Origin: a virus
Reading direction: 5' to 3' (one strand)
IMG/VR virus record: IMGVR_UViG_3300031525_000001
Coordinates: 96,001-160,000 of that record
DNA length: 64,000 bases
Shown: in pieces, positions 46,318-55,152 of the stretch
How the letters are laid out: every line of letters starts with the position of its first letter
Position numbering within the stretch: the first letter of the stretch is position 1
Program-made: the position numbers and the translations under genes
The notes under the pieces: generated by a model
What the model saw: the letters and a program-made list of their open reading frames with translations, nothing else
Told to the model about the DNA's origin: nothing
The model's database searches: none

Positions 46318-46410
46318 GCATGGGAGGTAATGCCTCCCGAAACGTTGTTCATCATGGCTAGTTCCAATGAGTTCCGTTCGAATCGGGCTTGGAACTAGCC
46401 TTTTTTCTTT
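46318..46410 (+). ncRNA. Candidate ~90-nt small RNA with own promoter and terminator
   Basis: TATTAT at 46306; hairpin GGGAGG/CCTCCC; 12-bp stem GGCTAGTTCCAA/TTGGAACTAGCC capped by a TTCGAAT T-loop arm; U-tract. Confidence 0.45.
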
Positions 46411-46443
46411 GCTCGTGGTATCATCGGCAAAGTGGAGGATCGC

Positions 46444-47037
46444 ATGTTTGGATCAAAGACAGTCAAACGCAACGGCACTGAGTTCTTCGTGCAGGGCAAC
46501 ATCTCGGACGGCAATGTCATTATCGTGACTAAGGACGGCAAAGAACATCGCTGCGACCGTCCCAACCGCCTCGGCGTTCAAGAGGAAACACCATGGCTCA
46601 GGAACCTCGGCGAGGATTCCCGTGACGGCGACCGCTGCTGGAATATCGATCCTGTTGAAATCATGAACAAGTTCAACTCGGGCGACTATTACCAAACCAA
46701 GGCTTTCTTCGTCATCGGCAAGTGGGGAACGGGCTACAACACGGACGACGGCGTTCTGGACACCGTGCGCCTGTCGGATGTCGCGGGCTTTAAGCAACTG
46801 GTGAGCGAAGTCCCGTGCGACCTCGGTTGCGACTGGCCGAAGGGACATGCGGGCCACTGCTGGGTCACCCCGAACCAATTGGTGAAAGACCTGAATCTCT
46901 CCAAACAAGACGTGATCGCCATGTTCCAGAAGTGGTTCGACGGCCTCGACGCGGGTCAAGTTGTCGATCTGGGGTATAAAGTGGGACTTACGAACGAGCA
47001 GTTAATCGCCATGGTCAAGGACGTTCGGAAGGGCTAG
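46444..47037 (+). CDS. Hypothetical protein
   Basis: GGAGG RBS, ATG at 46444; ends in TAG. Confidence 0.75.
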   Translation: MFGSKTVKRNGTEFFVQGNISDGNVIIVTKDGKEHRCDRPNRLGVQEETPWLRNLGEDSRDGDRCWNIDPVEIMNKFNSGDYYQTKAFFVIGKWGTGYNTDDGVLDTVRLSDVAGFKQLVSEVPCDLGCDWPKGHAGHCWVTPNQLVKDLNLSKQDVIAMFQKWFDGLDAGQVVDLGYKVGLTNEQLIAMVKDVRKG

Positions 47038-47042
47038 GTCTC

Positions 47043-47384
47043 GTGCAACCCTACTCGTGGGTATGGTTCCCGAGCACAAAAGGCAGCGGCCCGCCCTATG
47101 GCTGGTACATGCCGTTGGGCGAGCGTCTATGGCGTGCCCTCACCTATAACCACGCCCACCAGTCGGAAGCCTTCACGGGCAACCCCAAGAAAAAGAAGCT
47201 TCCTTGGCCTCGATGGAGGAAGGAAGTCGCTCGCATCCTCATCATTCTAGACGTGTTCCTGAGCCAGCCCGAATATTGGCTAGTCAATCACTACGATCTC
47301 ACCTACCCCCAGTGCTCTCGCCTGAGACGCCTCCTCCTTTGGGAAACCCGCTTCTACCTCTGGGCGGCTGGTTTCTCCGAATAA
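47043..47384 (+). CDS. Hypothetical Trp-rich protein
   Basis: 113-aa ORF with phage-like codon usage. Confidence 0.55.
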   Translation: MQPYSWVWFPSTKGSGPPYGWYMPLGERLWRALTYNHAHQSEAFTGNPKKKKLPWPRWRKEVARILIILDVFLSQPEYWLVNHYDLTYPQCSRLRRLLLWETRFYLWAAGFSE

Positions 47385-47422
47385 AATCTGCCTACCGTCC
47401 TTCTTGTTAGGGGGACATTCAC

Positions 47423-47563
47423 ATGTTCAGTCTAATCAAGATTGCTATTGAAGCCGCGTTTGCGGCAGCGTTGTTCATCGGCGGTGTCAAATTTGGGATT
47501 GCGTATCCCACTATCGGCACCAAAATCGATACGCTCTTTAGCTGGGCGAAGTCCGTTCTGTAA
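47423..47563 (+). CDS. Small membrane protein (46 aa)
   Basis: MFSLIKIAIEAAFAAALFIGGVKFG; not in the ORF track. Confidence 0.65.
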   Translation: MFSLIKIAIEAAFAAALFIGGVKFGIAYPTIGTKIDTLFSWAKSVL

Positions 47564-47571
47564 GGCGAACT

Positions 47572-47871
47572 ATGAGCCCGATTAAAGACATTTTGCAGAT
47601 CGCGGAGAATGTCACCGTTCTTCTGGCTCTTCTTGGAGGAGCGGCGGGCGGCATCAACTGGTACGTCAAGCGGCATGACCGTCAGGCGGCGGGGCAGAAA
47701 GCCGTCACTCAGATCGATACTCTGGCGACTGGCTTCCCCAATATGGTCGCGGACATGGCGGTTGTGAAGAAGACTAACGAGAAAGCCGTCGATCTTCTGA
47801 CCAGCATGGACAAGGGAATCGCGGTGATGGCTGCACGAAGCGAGGGTTCTCGAACACGGAGAACCGACTAA
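47572..47871 (+). CDS. Membrane protein, holin-like topology (uncertain)
   Basis: TM VTVLLALLGGAAGGINWYV followed by a helical tail. Confidence 0.55.
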   Translation: MSPIKDILQIAENVTVLLALLGGAAGGINWYVKRHDRQAAGQKAVTQIDTLATGFPNMVADMAVVKKTNEKAVDLLTSMDKGIAVMAARSEGSRTRRTD

Positions 47872-47880
47872 GGAGACACG

Positions 47881-48411
47881 ATGGCGAGAACGCAGGTAAT
47901 CAATAACGCACCGATCACGCTCAGCCCCACGTTTGGGACGACAGGTACGTCAACGGGATTGAACCCGCTTTACACTGTCTGCGATGTGGCGAACGGCAAC
48001 TATTTCCTGACCACAGGGCGAGATTTGGTGACCTTCTATTGCGCTGCCGCCTCTACCGCTCCCGCATGGTCGGGCACGACGCAATATCTCCCGGGGCAGG
48101 TGGTCAACTACTCAGGTCAGGCGTACATCGCCCTCGTCGGCAATTTGGCTCAGCCGCCATCCTTGTCGCCCCCATCGACATACTGGGGCGCTTATGCGGA
48201 TGGAGATTCCACGATCACACTTCTCTCGGCTCCCGATGCTTGTACGGCCCGCACGTCAGATGTTGACGATTACGTTGTGCCAGTCACTACGGAGCTTTAT
48301 CCGGGTACGGAATTTTTGGTACTGCCGACCTCGGTATTTACACAGTCGAATCAGCAATTTCAGTTTCAAGCCAGTTCGAGTCTGGTGAGCGTTTACGTAA
48401 GGTACTTCTAA
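47881..48411 (+). CDS. Putative virion protein with CBM5/12-like carbohydrate-binding module
   Basis: AWSGTTQYLPGQVVNYSGQAYIA...YW motif. Confidence 0.65.
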   Translation: MARTQVINNAPITLSPTFGTTGTSTGLNPLYTVCDVANGNYFLTTGRDLVTFYCAAASTAPAWSGTTQYLPGQVVNYSGQAYIALVGNLAQPPSLSPPSTYWGAYADGDSTITLLSAPDACTARTSDVDDYVVPVTTELYPGTEFLVLPTSVFTQSNQQFQFQASSSLVSVYVRYF

Positions 48412-48427
48412 AGGAGCACAGGCAATC

Positions 48428-50038
48428 ATGGCAAACACACCCACTATCATCAAAGGTCAGCTAACATTCGTAGGCGCGATCACTGGACAGGTGTCTGTTC
48501 AGGCACAGCCCGTCGCGGGCAATAACCTGCTCTTCAATCTGCCCAACACGGTGCCGAATCCGAACCAAGTGATCTCGGTAGTCTCGGTCGTTGGCAGTAC
48601 GGTCACCCTCGGGTTCACCCCGCCATTTCCGACCACTTGGAGCTTCTCGCAGATCACTGGCACCATCGCTACCTCGCAACTCGCCAGTCGCGAGGGTAAC
48701 GGTTCCAAGGTGCAAACGACAAACCAAGGACTCACGGTCGCGGGCGATGTCGTTACTTATGACGGCTCGGGCAACATACAGGATTCCGGCGTTGCATTAG
48801 CCCTTCTTCTTGCTGGTGCCGCACCGTCCCCCGTAACCCCGCATTTGGGCTCGGCTGCTCAGTACGCTTTGCTCGGCACCACAATCACAAACTCGGATGG
48901 CGCAGGCACCGTAATCAGCGGCGGGAACATCAACGGCACGACCATCACGCCCGCTGGCTGGACCTTGACCCCACCTACGTCGGTCAGTTCTCCAGTTTCC
49001 TCTCAGGCATTGACGGACCTCAACACGGCGATCACCTACTTCGGTGGTTTGACCTCGACAGCAATCACGACAGCCGACCTCGGAACGCAGGGTAATGGTT
49101 CGGCTGCCAACGTGTTCAACGCAGGTGTTTACAAGAGCGGTAGTTCCATCAACATCGCTACCAGCATCGTTCTCGACGGTCAGGACAACCCGAACGCCAT
49201 GTTCGTGTTCATCGCTACCGCTTCGACCGTCACGCAGGAAAGTGGCACGTCGATTACTCTCATCAACGGCGCTCAGGCCGCAAATGTGGTCTGGGTCGTT
49301 GGGTCTTCATGGACCTCCATCACCCCAAGCACGACAGTAGGTAACATCCTTGCAGTCGCGTCGATCACATTGGGTGGTGGGACACTTCAGGGTCGCGCAC
49401 TCGCCGCTGCCGCTATCACTCTCGCTGCCGCAGGCACCATTGTTTCGGCACCCCCAGCAGCACCGCCAATGGCTCAGACGTTCACCCCAGTTGTGGGCGG
49501 CTCACCAGCGGGACCAATTGAGTTTCTGACGGGCTACAACGCAACCACAGGATTGTTCTCGGCGGCTACGCCTCCGTATCCTGTAGCGTCCGTCAACGGT
49601 CAGACTGGCGTTGTCGTTCTCACCGCTGGATCAGTTGGTGCGGACGCATCTGGCGCTGCGGCTGCTGTTCTGGTGGAAACGGATCGCGCTGAAGCTGTGG
49701 AAGCTACTATTGCGGCTTCTGTTCCAGTCCTTTACGACGGAGCGGGAAATCCTGCGGCAGAAGCTTCGGGCTCACCAGCGTCGAATGGTGACAACCATAT
49801 CGCAAGTGGAGCGGCTACGCTCGTGGTTGATGGCAGTCCCCCAAATAGTTCGGTGACGGTCACGATGACGGGTGCATCCGCATTTGCGAACAACTACTAT
49901 GTGTACCTAACGTACTTGGGTGTTCCGATTAACCCCGGCCATTTGTACTACATCCCGATCTCGGGTTCATCGTTCACGATTTACTCCGACAACGGTGCGG
50001 ATGTTTCGACCGTGGCATGGACGGCAGTCGGTTACTAA
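48428..50038 (+). CDS. Tail-fibre-like protein with one DUF3494 (ice-binding-like) domain
   Basis: LGSAAQYALL...IVLDGQDNPNAMFVFI...LINGAQAANVVWVVGSS...SITLGGGTLQGRALA; fibre motif VASVNGQTGVVVLTAGSVGA. Confidence 0.8.
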   Translation: MANTPTIIKGQLTFVGAITGQVSVQAQPVAGNNLLFNLPNTVPNPNQVISVVSVVGSTVTLGFTPPFPTTWSFSQITGTIATSQLASREGNGSKVQTTNQGLTVAGDVVTYDGSGNIQDSGVALALLLAGAAPSPVTPHLGSAAQYALLGTTITNSDGAGTVISGGNINGTTITPAGWTLTPPTSVSSPVSSQALTDLNTAITYFGGLTSTAITTADLGTQGNGSAANVFNAGVYKSGSSINIATSIVLDGQDNPNAMFVFIATASTVTQESGTSITLINGAQAANVVWVVGSSWTSITPSTTVGNILAVASITLGGGTLQGRALAAAAITLAAAGTIVSAPPAAPPMAQTFTPVVGGSPAGPIEFLTGYNATTGLFSAATPPYPVASVNGQTGVVVLTAGSVGADASGAAAAVLVETDRAEAVEATIAASVPVLYDGAGNPAAEASGSPASNGDNHIASGAATLVVDGSPPNSSVTVTMTGASAFANNYYVYLTYLGVPINPGHLYYIPISGSSFTIYSDNGADVSTVAWTAVGY

Positions 50039-50055
50039 CCTTAACCTTTTCAACG

Positions 50056-50081
50056 AGCCCCAGCTTCGGCTGGGGCTTTTT
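50056..50081 (+). terminator. Rho-independent terminator
   Basis: AGCCCCAGC-TTCG-GCTGGGGCT followed by TTTT. Confidence 0.9.
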
Positions 50082-50155
50082 ACTGCCCAAACCAAAGTAA
50101 TGCCAGACCCCCAGAAACCTGCCTGAACGTGTTATGCGGTTGGTATAATAGTGGC

Positions 50156-50302
50156 ATGGACAACCTAATCATCGCCTTCCGCCGCGTCTTCAGCCCCGAC
50201 AAGAAATGCGACACCTGCCGCCGAATATGCGCCGACGTACCCCTGTTCGTTTTCTTTTACAAGGACGGGACGAAAAAATGCGTTCATGCCGAGTGCAAAT
50301 AG
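50156..50302 (+). CDS. Small Zn-finger-like protein (48 aa), leaderless
   Basis: GGTATAAT 7 nt upstream; CDTC...HAEC; ends in TAG. Confidence 0.6.
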   Translation: MDNLIIAFRRVFSPDKKCDTCRRICADVPLFVFFYKDGTKKCVHAECK

Positions 50303-50445
50303 CGATTTTCGAGTATTAGACACCTAGAAATGCATTTTCCGACTATCGAAATGCATGTTTAGGAGATGCACATGGCAAAAAAGAAGACCACTACCCCCAA
50401 AATCAAGAAACAGCGACAGACGAAGTACACAAAACTCGCCCTCGT

Positions 50446-51072
50446 ATGGGCCTTAGCCAGTCGTTTCTCAGCCGCAACCAGTTGACCCATCAAGAACTCC
50501 TATCCGAGGTCGCTCGGTTGGATATGCTGGATCGCAGCCTCAAGGCGGTCAACGACAAGACCCAACCACCCCAGAACATCAAGTACGTCTACACGTACCC
50601 GCAGTGGGTCTGGAATCCCCCGTACACCTACAACGTTCCGAACAACGGTCAGTGGACGATCACGACTACGCCTACTTGGGTCGGCTACAACACGCCGAAT
50701 ACCAGCGGCGGCACTGGTATCGTCAACGGCGGACTCAATGGCGGCAATTTCCAAGGCGGTAGCCTGCTCACCAGCAATGGCAGCGGCCTAAGCCCCACGG
50801 TGAGTTGCACGCTGGCGAACGCTGGGGATGCTTTCACGTTCACCAACAGCGGTAACGTGCAGATCGGCGGCACCCAGACCACTCCATGCGGCAGCGGCTT
50901 GCCTGACGCAGGCACCGTGCTTGCGCTCGACGGTTGCGGCAACGCCAACTGGACGGCGGCACCCAACGACGGGTCTCTTGTTGTAGACCTGACGACTCAC
51001 GAGCCGTATGAAGAGTCGGCTAGGTCCGAGGAAATGCCGAAGGTGATGTGCGACGATCTCGTCGAGGCGTAA
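50446..51072 (+). CDS. Gly/Thr/Asn-rich hypothetical protein (start uncertain)
   Basis: 208-aa ORF. The strong RBS serves an ATG at 50372 in another frame. Confidence 0.65.
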   Translation: MGLSQSFLSRNQLTHQELLSEVARLDMLDRSLKAVNDKTQPPQNIKYVYTYPQWVWNPPYTYNVPNNGQWTITTTPTWVGYNTPNTSGGTGIVNGGLNGGNFQGGSLLTSNGSGLSPTVSCTLANAGDAFTFTNSGNVQIGGTQTTPCGSGLPDAGTVLALDGCGNANWTAAPNDGSLVVDLTTHEPYEESARSEEMPKVMCDDLVEA

Positions 51073-51104
51073 CCCGACTTCCCTTTTCATTGAAGGGGGA
51101 ATCA

Positions 51105-51467
51105 ATGCACCAACACTTTGAACCCGAGGATCGCCCCCACCGTAGTACAAACCGTGGGGGCGATTCACGTTACTGGGAACTGTACTGCCGAGGATTCGGG
51201 GCCGACCCCGATATCGCACGTTCTCGTCATGAAGAAGATGAGCCCCTTTTCTATACCCGCACCCGCCACGCCCTAGATTTCAAATGCCAATGCTCCGTTT
51301 GCACCCGCAAGTGCACAATCACGATGGATGACGCCAAACTTCTCCGCACAATGGGTATTATGTGGAGAGGACCCCATGTTTCTGCTGATGGGAGCGGACG
51401 GCTGGATTCGAGCAAGCAAGACACCCGGGAAGCTGGGCGGGCACAGGCAACTCAAAATATACGGTAG
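51105..51467 (+). CDS. Hypothetical protein
   Basis: GGGGGA RBS; CQCSVC motif; 3' end overlaps the next gene. Confidence 0.5.
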   Translation: MHQHFEPEDRPHRSTNRGGDSRYWELYCRGFGADPDIARSRHEEDEPLFYTRTRHALDFKCQCSVCTRKCTITMDDAKLLRTMGIMWRGPHVSADGSGRLDSSKQDTREAGRAQATQNIR

Positions 51468-51645
51468 ACTAGACTGCCCTTCTGCTCTTCGTTTCATCGC
51501 CGCAGGACACTACGTAAAACACAGGGTTTTCTTCAAGGATGAAGCCACGGCTATTGCTGCTGGGTTCCGCCCTTGTGCTAAATGCCTGCCTGAAAAGTAC
51601 AAGGAGTGGAAATGCCAAACCTCGACGACAACCCGCCCGAGATAG
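51376..51645 (+). CDS. Ada metal-binding-domain protein (stand-alone)
   Basis: KIYGRLDCPSA...RVFFKDEATAIAAGFRPCAKC. Confidence 0.8.
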   Translation: MFLLMGADGWIRASKTPGKLGGHRQLKIYGRLDCPSALRFIAAGHYVKHRVFFKDEATAIAAGFRPCAKCLPEKYKEWKCQTSTTTRPR

Positions 51646-51971
51646 TGTACGGGGAGTTTATTGACGCCTGCAATCCGAATGACGAGATTGTCGGCAAATC
51701 CCTGAAGTACGCTGAGGATGTTCAGAAAGAAGTCATCCTTAAAGTTGCCCGCCAGATCGCGGCGGCGAACGATGACGAGGAACAAGCGGGTCTTTTCTTC
51801 ACGCGGGTCGTCCAAGCCTTTGTCCTGTTGGATCAAATGGCACCTCGGTTTATTGAGTTGGTGGACGAGTACCACATCGGCGAAGACATGCACAAGACGA
51901 ACTGTCATCTGTGCAGGCTCCACACGGCGGCGGAAGAATACTTGGCCGAGCGAGAGAAGACCAATGTCTGA
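51612..51971 (+). CDS. Hypothetical protein
   Basis: AAGGAG RBS; acidic helical. Confidence 0.65.
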   Translation: MPNLDDNPPEIVYGEFIDACNPNDEIVGKSLKYAEDVQKEVILKVARQIAAANDDEEQAGLFFTRVVQAFVLLDQMAPRFIELVDEYHIGEDMHKTNCHLCRLHTAAEEYLAEREKTNV

Positions 51972-52140
51972 GATTGAAAGATTCCTAGCTCGCTTCCCCG
52001 ACTACCAGACAACGCCTGCTCAGCTTGCCTTCGCTAAATATTTGGAACAGCAGGGGTTGAGGTTCCTTATTGACTTTGGTTTTGAGAATGCCGAGCGCAT
52101 CACTTGGGAACTGATAGAGGTTGATGGGGTACTCCAATGA
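51964..52140 (+). CDS. Small hypothetical protein
   Basis: MSEIERFLARFPDY...; overlaps its neighbours. Confidence 0.6.
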   Translation: MSEIERFLARFPDYQTTPAQLAFAKYLEQQGLRFLIDFGFENAERITWELIEVDGVLQ

Positions 52141-52343
52141 GATTGACACAAGCTCAGCAGAAAAAGATTCTCGAAATCAGCGTGAGTGATTTGTATCGGC
52201 ACGAACGCAAAGCCATCCGCAGGGTGTTCGAAGCCTGTGAGTCAGACCATTACAATGTGTTGGGCTATCGACATGTGCTCGAACGTGCGACCAAGATTCT
52301 CACTCGGGCCGTCGCCGCTATTGAAGCAATGGAAAAAGAATGA
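52137..52343 (+). CDS. Small hypothetical protein
   Basis: ATGA overlaps at both ends. Confidence 0.6.
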   Translation: MRLTQAQQKKILEISVSDLYRHERKAIRRVFEACESDHYNVLGYRHVLERATKILTRAVAAIEAMEKE

Positions 52344-53116
52344 GCCTTTTCGACGACCAGAATAAGACAGAGATCACGAAACAGATCACCGCCGCGTCCT
52401 GTTTCTGGCTCGACGAACGCGGAGTTAAGCCCGTCGAAACGGAAGTCGGCGTAGCGGATGGGTGGATCGCTGACATCGCGGGAGTTTTGTGCCCTACTGA
52501 AACCGAACTGCAAACCCTGAAGCTGATTCGCCGAAAGCCCAAATGGAAGAAACCGCAGGAAGAGAAAGACGCTTGGCAGGTAGAAGCAAACATCCTAAAC
52601 CGAATGATGACCGTGATCGTCGAGGTCAAGACTTCACGCGGCGATTTTCGCGGCGACAAGAAGTGGGAGTGGGAACCACCAGCAGACCTATGCTGGCTCG
52701 CGGCTCCCGCTGGATTGATCGCGGAGACGGAGAGGCCGAAGGGTTGGGGAATTCTTGAGTATAGCCCCACACGGGACTGCATGATTAGCCGCCGTGTCCC
52801 CGAGGTCAGGACGACCACAGCAGAGAGGCAACGGAATTTGGTTCATGCCGTAGCCTGCCGCCGTGACAATCAGACTCGCTATGAGCACCTTCGTCGGCTA
52901 CAAAAGGAATATCGCGAGGACGACAAGCAGCGCACGTCGCTGACCCGCGTGCAGGATGCCATGCGTGCCGCCCTGAGCATCGCACGTGGGGAGCATGGAT
53001 CGGTCGAGGGAGCCCTTGAGTATCACCGCATCAAGCTGAAGGGCGTCTATCAACTGGAAATGCTAGGGCTTACAGCCCTCTGGGGCGTAGCAAAGAAAGA
53101 AACCAATGGCGCGTAA
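52340..53116 (+). CDS. MmcB-like PD-(D/E)xK nuclease-fold protein
   Basis: VETEV...IADIAG...IVEVKTSRGDFRGDKKW...CWLAAP.GLI....P.GWGILE. Confidence 0.7.
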   Translation: MSLFDDQNKTEITKQITAASCFWLDERGVKPVETEVGVADGWIADIAGVLCPTETELQTLKLIRRKPKWKKPQEEKDAWQVEANILNRMMTVIVEVKTSRGDFRGDKKWEWEPPADLCWLAAPAGLIAETERPKGWGILEYSPTRDCMISRRVPEVRTTTAERQRNLVHAVACRRDNQTRYEHLRRLQKEYREDDKQRTSLTRVQDAMRAALSIARGEHGSVEGALEYHRIKLKGVYQLEMLGLTALWGVAKKETNGA

Positions 53117-53252
53117 AGGACAGCACGGTTCGGTTCAGAACGCCCTCGAATATCACGGCATCGGGCATCCACACGTTGGGCATCTGCCAGAATACTACAT
53201 AAAGACGTTGGAGACGCTGTGGGCGATTGTTCCCCCACCCACCATATCATGA
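53106..53252 (+). CDS. 48-aa ORF paralogous to the C-terminus of the upstream nuclease
   Basis: ARKGQHGSVQNALEYH..LETLWAIV versus ARGEHGSVEGALEYH..LTALWGV. Confidence 0.55.
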   Translation: MARKGQHGSVQNALEYHGIGHPHVGHLPEYYIKTLETLWAIVPPPTIS

Positions 53253-53639
53253 CTAATACTGCGGATTGCTTGGCGAAGTATGTGTTTTAGCGCGGGTTTT
53301 TCTCATCTTCGCCGTTTTTGTTTTGTGGCAAGGGGTGCATAAAGTTCTCAAGTTCGATGGCTCCCACCAGCTTCCGCCGTCCACCAGTTCGACGATGTGG
53401 TCAACTTCTCGTCCTCGATTTCCGCACAGCACACACGTATAATGATCCCGCCGCCGGATAGTTCTTCTGATGTAGTTCCAATCAACCATAAGCTTGACAT
53501 CTTTAAGGCATTTCGGGCCACACCACGCGGTTTTCTTACCCGTCAAGACCGTGCCGCATTTTCGACAAAGCGGATGTCCGTCTTCGTTCTTCCTGCGGGG
53601 AAAATCGTCCCAAGACAATGCTCCTTTACGCCTAGACAT
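53253..53639 (-). CDS. HNH endonuclease
   Basis: RRDHYTCVLCG...EVDHIVEL..GG....NLRTLCTPCHKTKT. Confidence 0.88.
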   Translation of the reverse strand: MSRRKGALSWDDFPRRKNEDGHPLCRKCGTVLTGKKTAWCGPKCLKDVKLMVDWNYIRRTIRRRDHYTCVLCGNRGREVDHIVELVDGGSWWEPSNLRTLCTPCHKTKTAKMRKTRAKTHTSPSNPQY

Positions 53640-54390
53640 GGAACACCTGCCGCTGTTCTTTTACACACTCAATGAATACGGGCAAGGCTTCATCACGCAT
53701 TCTCCTGATGAAAGGAAGCAAGGCACCCCTCGCCCGATTACATGGATTGCAGGAGACTACGAGGTTCTCAAAACGATTGTCGTCCTTAATTTCGTTCAAA
53801 TGGTCGATGACTATTTCGTCCCAGTCTTGTAACTGTTGAGCACACCAGAAACAGGGATGCGGTCCGACCCCTATTCTATCGAAAACAACCTTGCGATGTT
53901 CATAAAGGCGTCCATTAGACGAGATCAACGGGTGTTCGGCGATTATGACGATGTAACCTTCTTTGTTTTTCCTTCGCAGCTTTGCTCCTTTTCGGGCAAC
54001 GCTGCCTGTTCGCCGAAGTCGGCCATAACAGGCTTCACACAACCCCAAACCTACACGGGTTGCCAGTCCGACGCACTTCGGTGTGCTGCAAGGTGGATAG
54101 TGCCTCGGTCGTTCCCTCTGCAACCGCACCGTATTTGCGGTATAGCAGGTTTTAGAGCAAAATTTTCGATCTCTGCCTTGCGCGATTTCGTAGGAAAATT
54201 CGAGATTACAGACTGGGCAAGTTCGGGTTCTGACGCGACCTCTTTTTGCCTGTTTTCGTTCCTGAGCGCGTTGTTCTTTGTGTTTAGCTCTGCACTCGGG
54301 GGAGCAGTGGAACCTTCGCCCGCCAGTTGGGGCGGTATACGAAAATCCGATGTTACAGGTGATGCACGTTCTTGACTGGATTTTTGCCAC
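53632..54390 (-). CDS. HNH endonuclease with multiple Zn fingers
   Basis: Likely GTG start at 54390, 6 nt below CGTATTA; YEHRKV...CFWC...IDHLNEIKDDNRFENLVVSCNPCN. Confidence 0.85.
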   Translation of the reverse strand: MAKIQSRTCITCNIGFSYTAPTGGRRFHCSPECRAKHKEQRAQERKQAKRGRVRTRTCPVCNLEFSYEIAQGRDRKFCSKTCYTANTVRLQRERPRHYPPCSTPKCVGLATRVGLGLCEACYGRLRRTGSVARKGAKLRRKNKEGYIVIIAEHPLISSNGRLYEHRKVVFDRIGVGPHPCFWCAQQLQDWDEIVIDHLNEIKDDNRFENLVVSCNPCNRARGALLPFIRRMRDEALPVFIECVKEQRQVFHV

Positions 54391-54528
54391 TCTATATAAT
54401 ACGGACGGTAGTCTTCTTTTTATCGTGACGAATAGTTTTATTTTTGTGGCACGCAAGGCACGGGCTGAACGTAAGAAATTAGCAGAAAAATCCGCATAAA
54501 TGCGGTATTAGGGAGTAAGGAGATCATC

Positions 54529-54882
54529 ATGGGCGCAAAGTTTTCGGCAATCAAGCAGGGTGAGTTTTTCTACATCGACGGCGAAACGTTTAAGAAGACC
54601 ACGGACATCAGCTATGAAGACACGGCAGGGTTCGAAATCTACCTTGACCCGATTCGCGAAGCCAAGATGACCACCGTCAATCCCGCAGCGGCAGCAGCGG
54701 TTAAACAGGGTAAGGGGCCGCTCATCGACTCACAAGCCTACATCACCGATCCAGCGACCCGCGTGCAGACCAAGAACCCGAACTTCGGCAAGAAGATCAA
54801 GAAGACGAAGACTCAGGCAGCGGGAGCCGCGCTCACTCAGCCACAACCACCGAAGAAGATTGCCACTCCCAAGAAGAAGTGA
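54529..54882 (+). CDS. Hypothetical protein with basic tail
   Basis: AAGGAG RBS. Confidence 0.75.
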   Translation: MGAKFSAIKQGEFFYIDGETFKKTTDISYEDTAGFEIYLDPIREAKMTTVNPAAAAAVKQGKGPLIDSQAYITDPATRVQTKNPNFGKKIKKTKTQAAGAALTQPQPPKKIATPKKK

Positions 54883-54897
54883 TAAAGTAGGAACTGC

Positions 54898-55152
54898 ATG
54901 TGTGAAATTTGCAATCAGATTCCCTGCAAAATGTACGAGGCGTACCAGTCCAAGCCGCCCCGCGAATTTCACTGGCGTCGGGATTTTTGGTTCCCCATTT
55001 ACTACTTTTTCTGGCACAACACGTGGTGGTTCCGCCGCATATACTGCAAGCACAACGGCGTCCACTTCTCAGATTCCAACAAGGGGCCGCACACGATGTG
55101 CGCTACCTGTTACAGCAAAGACGTGCCCCAGTGCTGCGGGCAGAGGGCTTAA
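54898..55152 (+). CDS. Small Cys-rich hypothetical protein
   Basis: CEIC...CKH...CATC. Confidence 0.6.
   Translation: MCEICNQIPCKMYEAYQSKPPREFHWRRDFWFPIYYFFWHNTWWFRRIYCKHNGVHFSDSNKGPHTMCATCYSKDVPQCCGQRA

Noticed and set aside
53050-53250. Minus-strand 66-aa ORF
   Set aside because: The plus strand carries a better-supported ORF (53106-53252) with similarity to the upstream gene.
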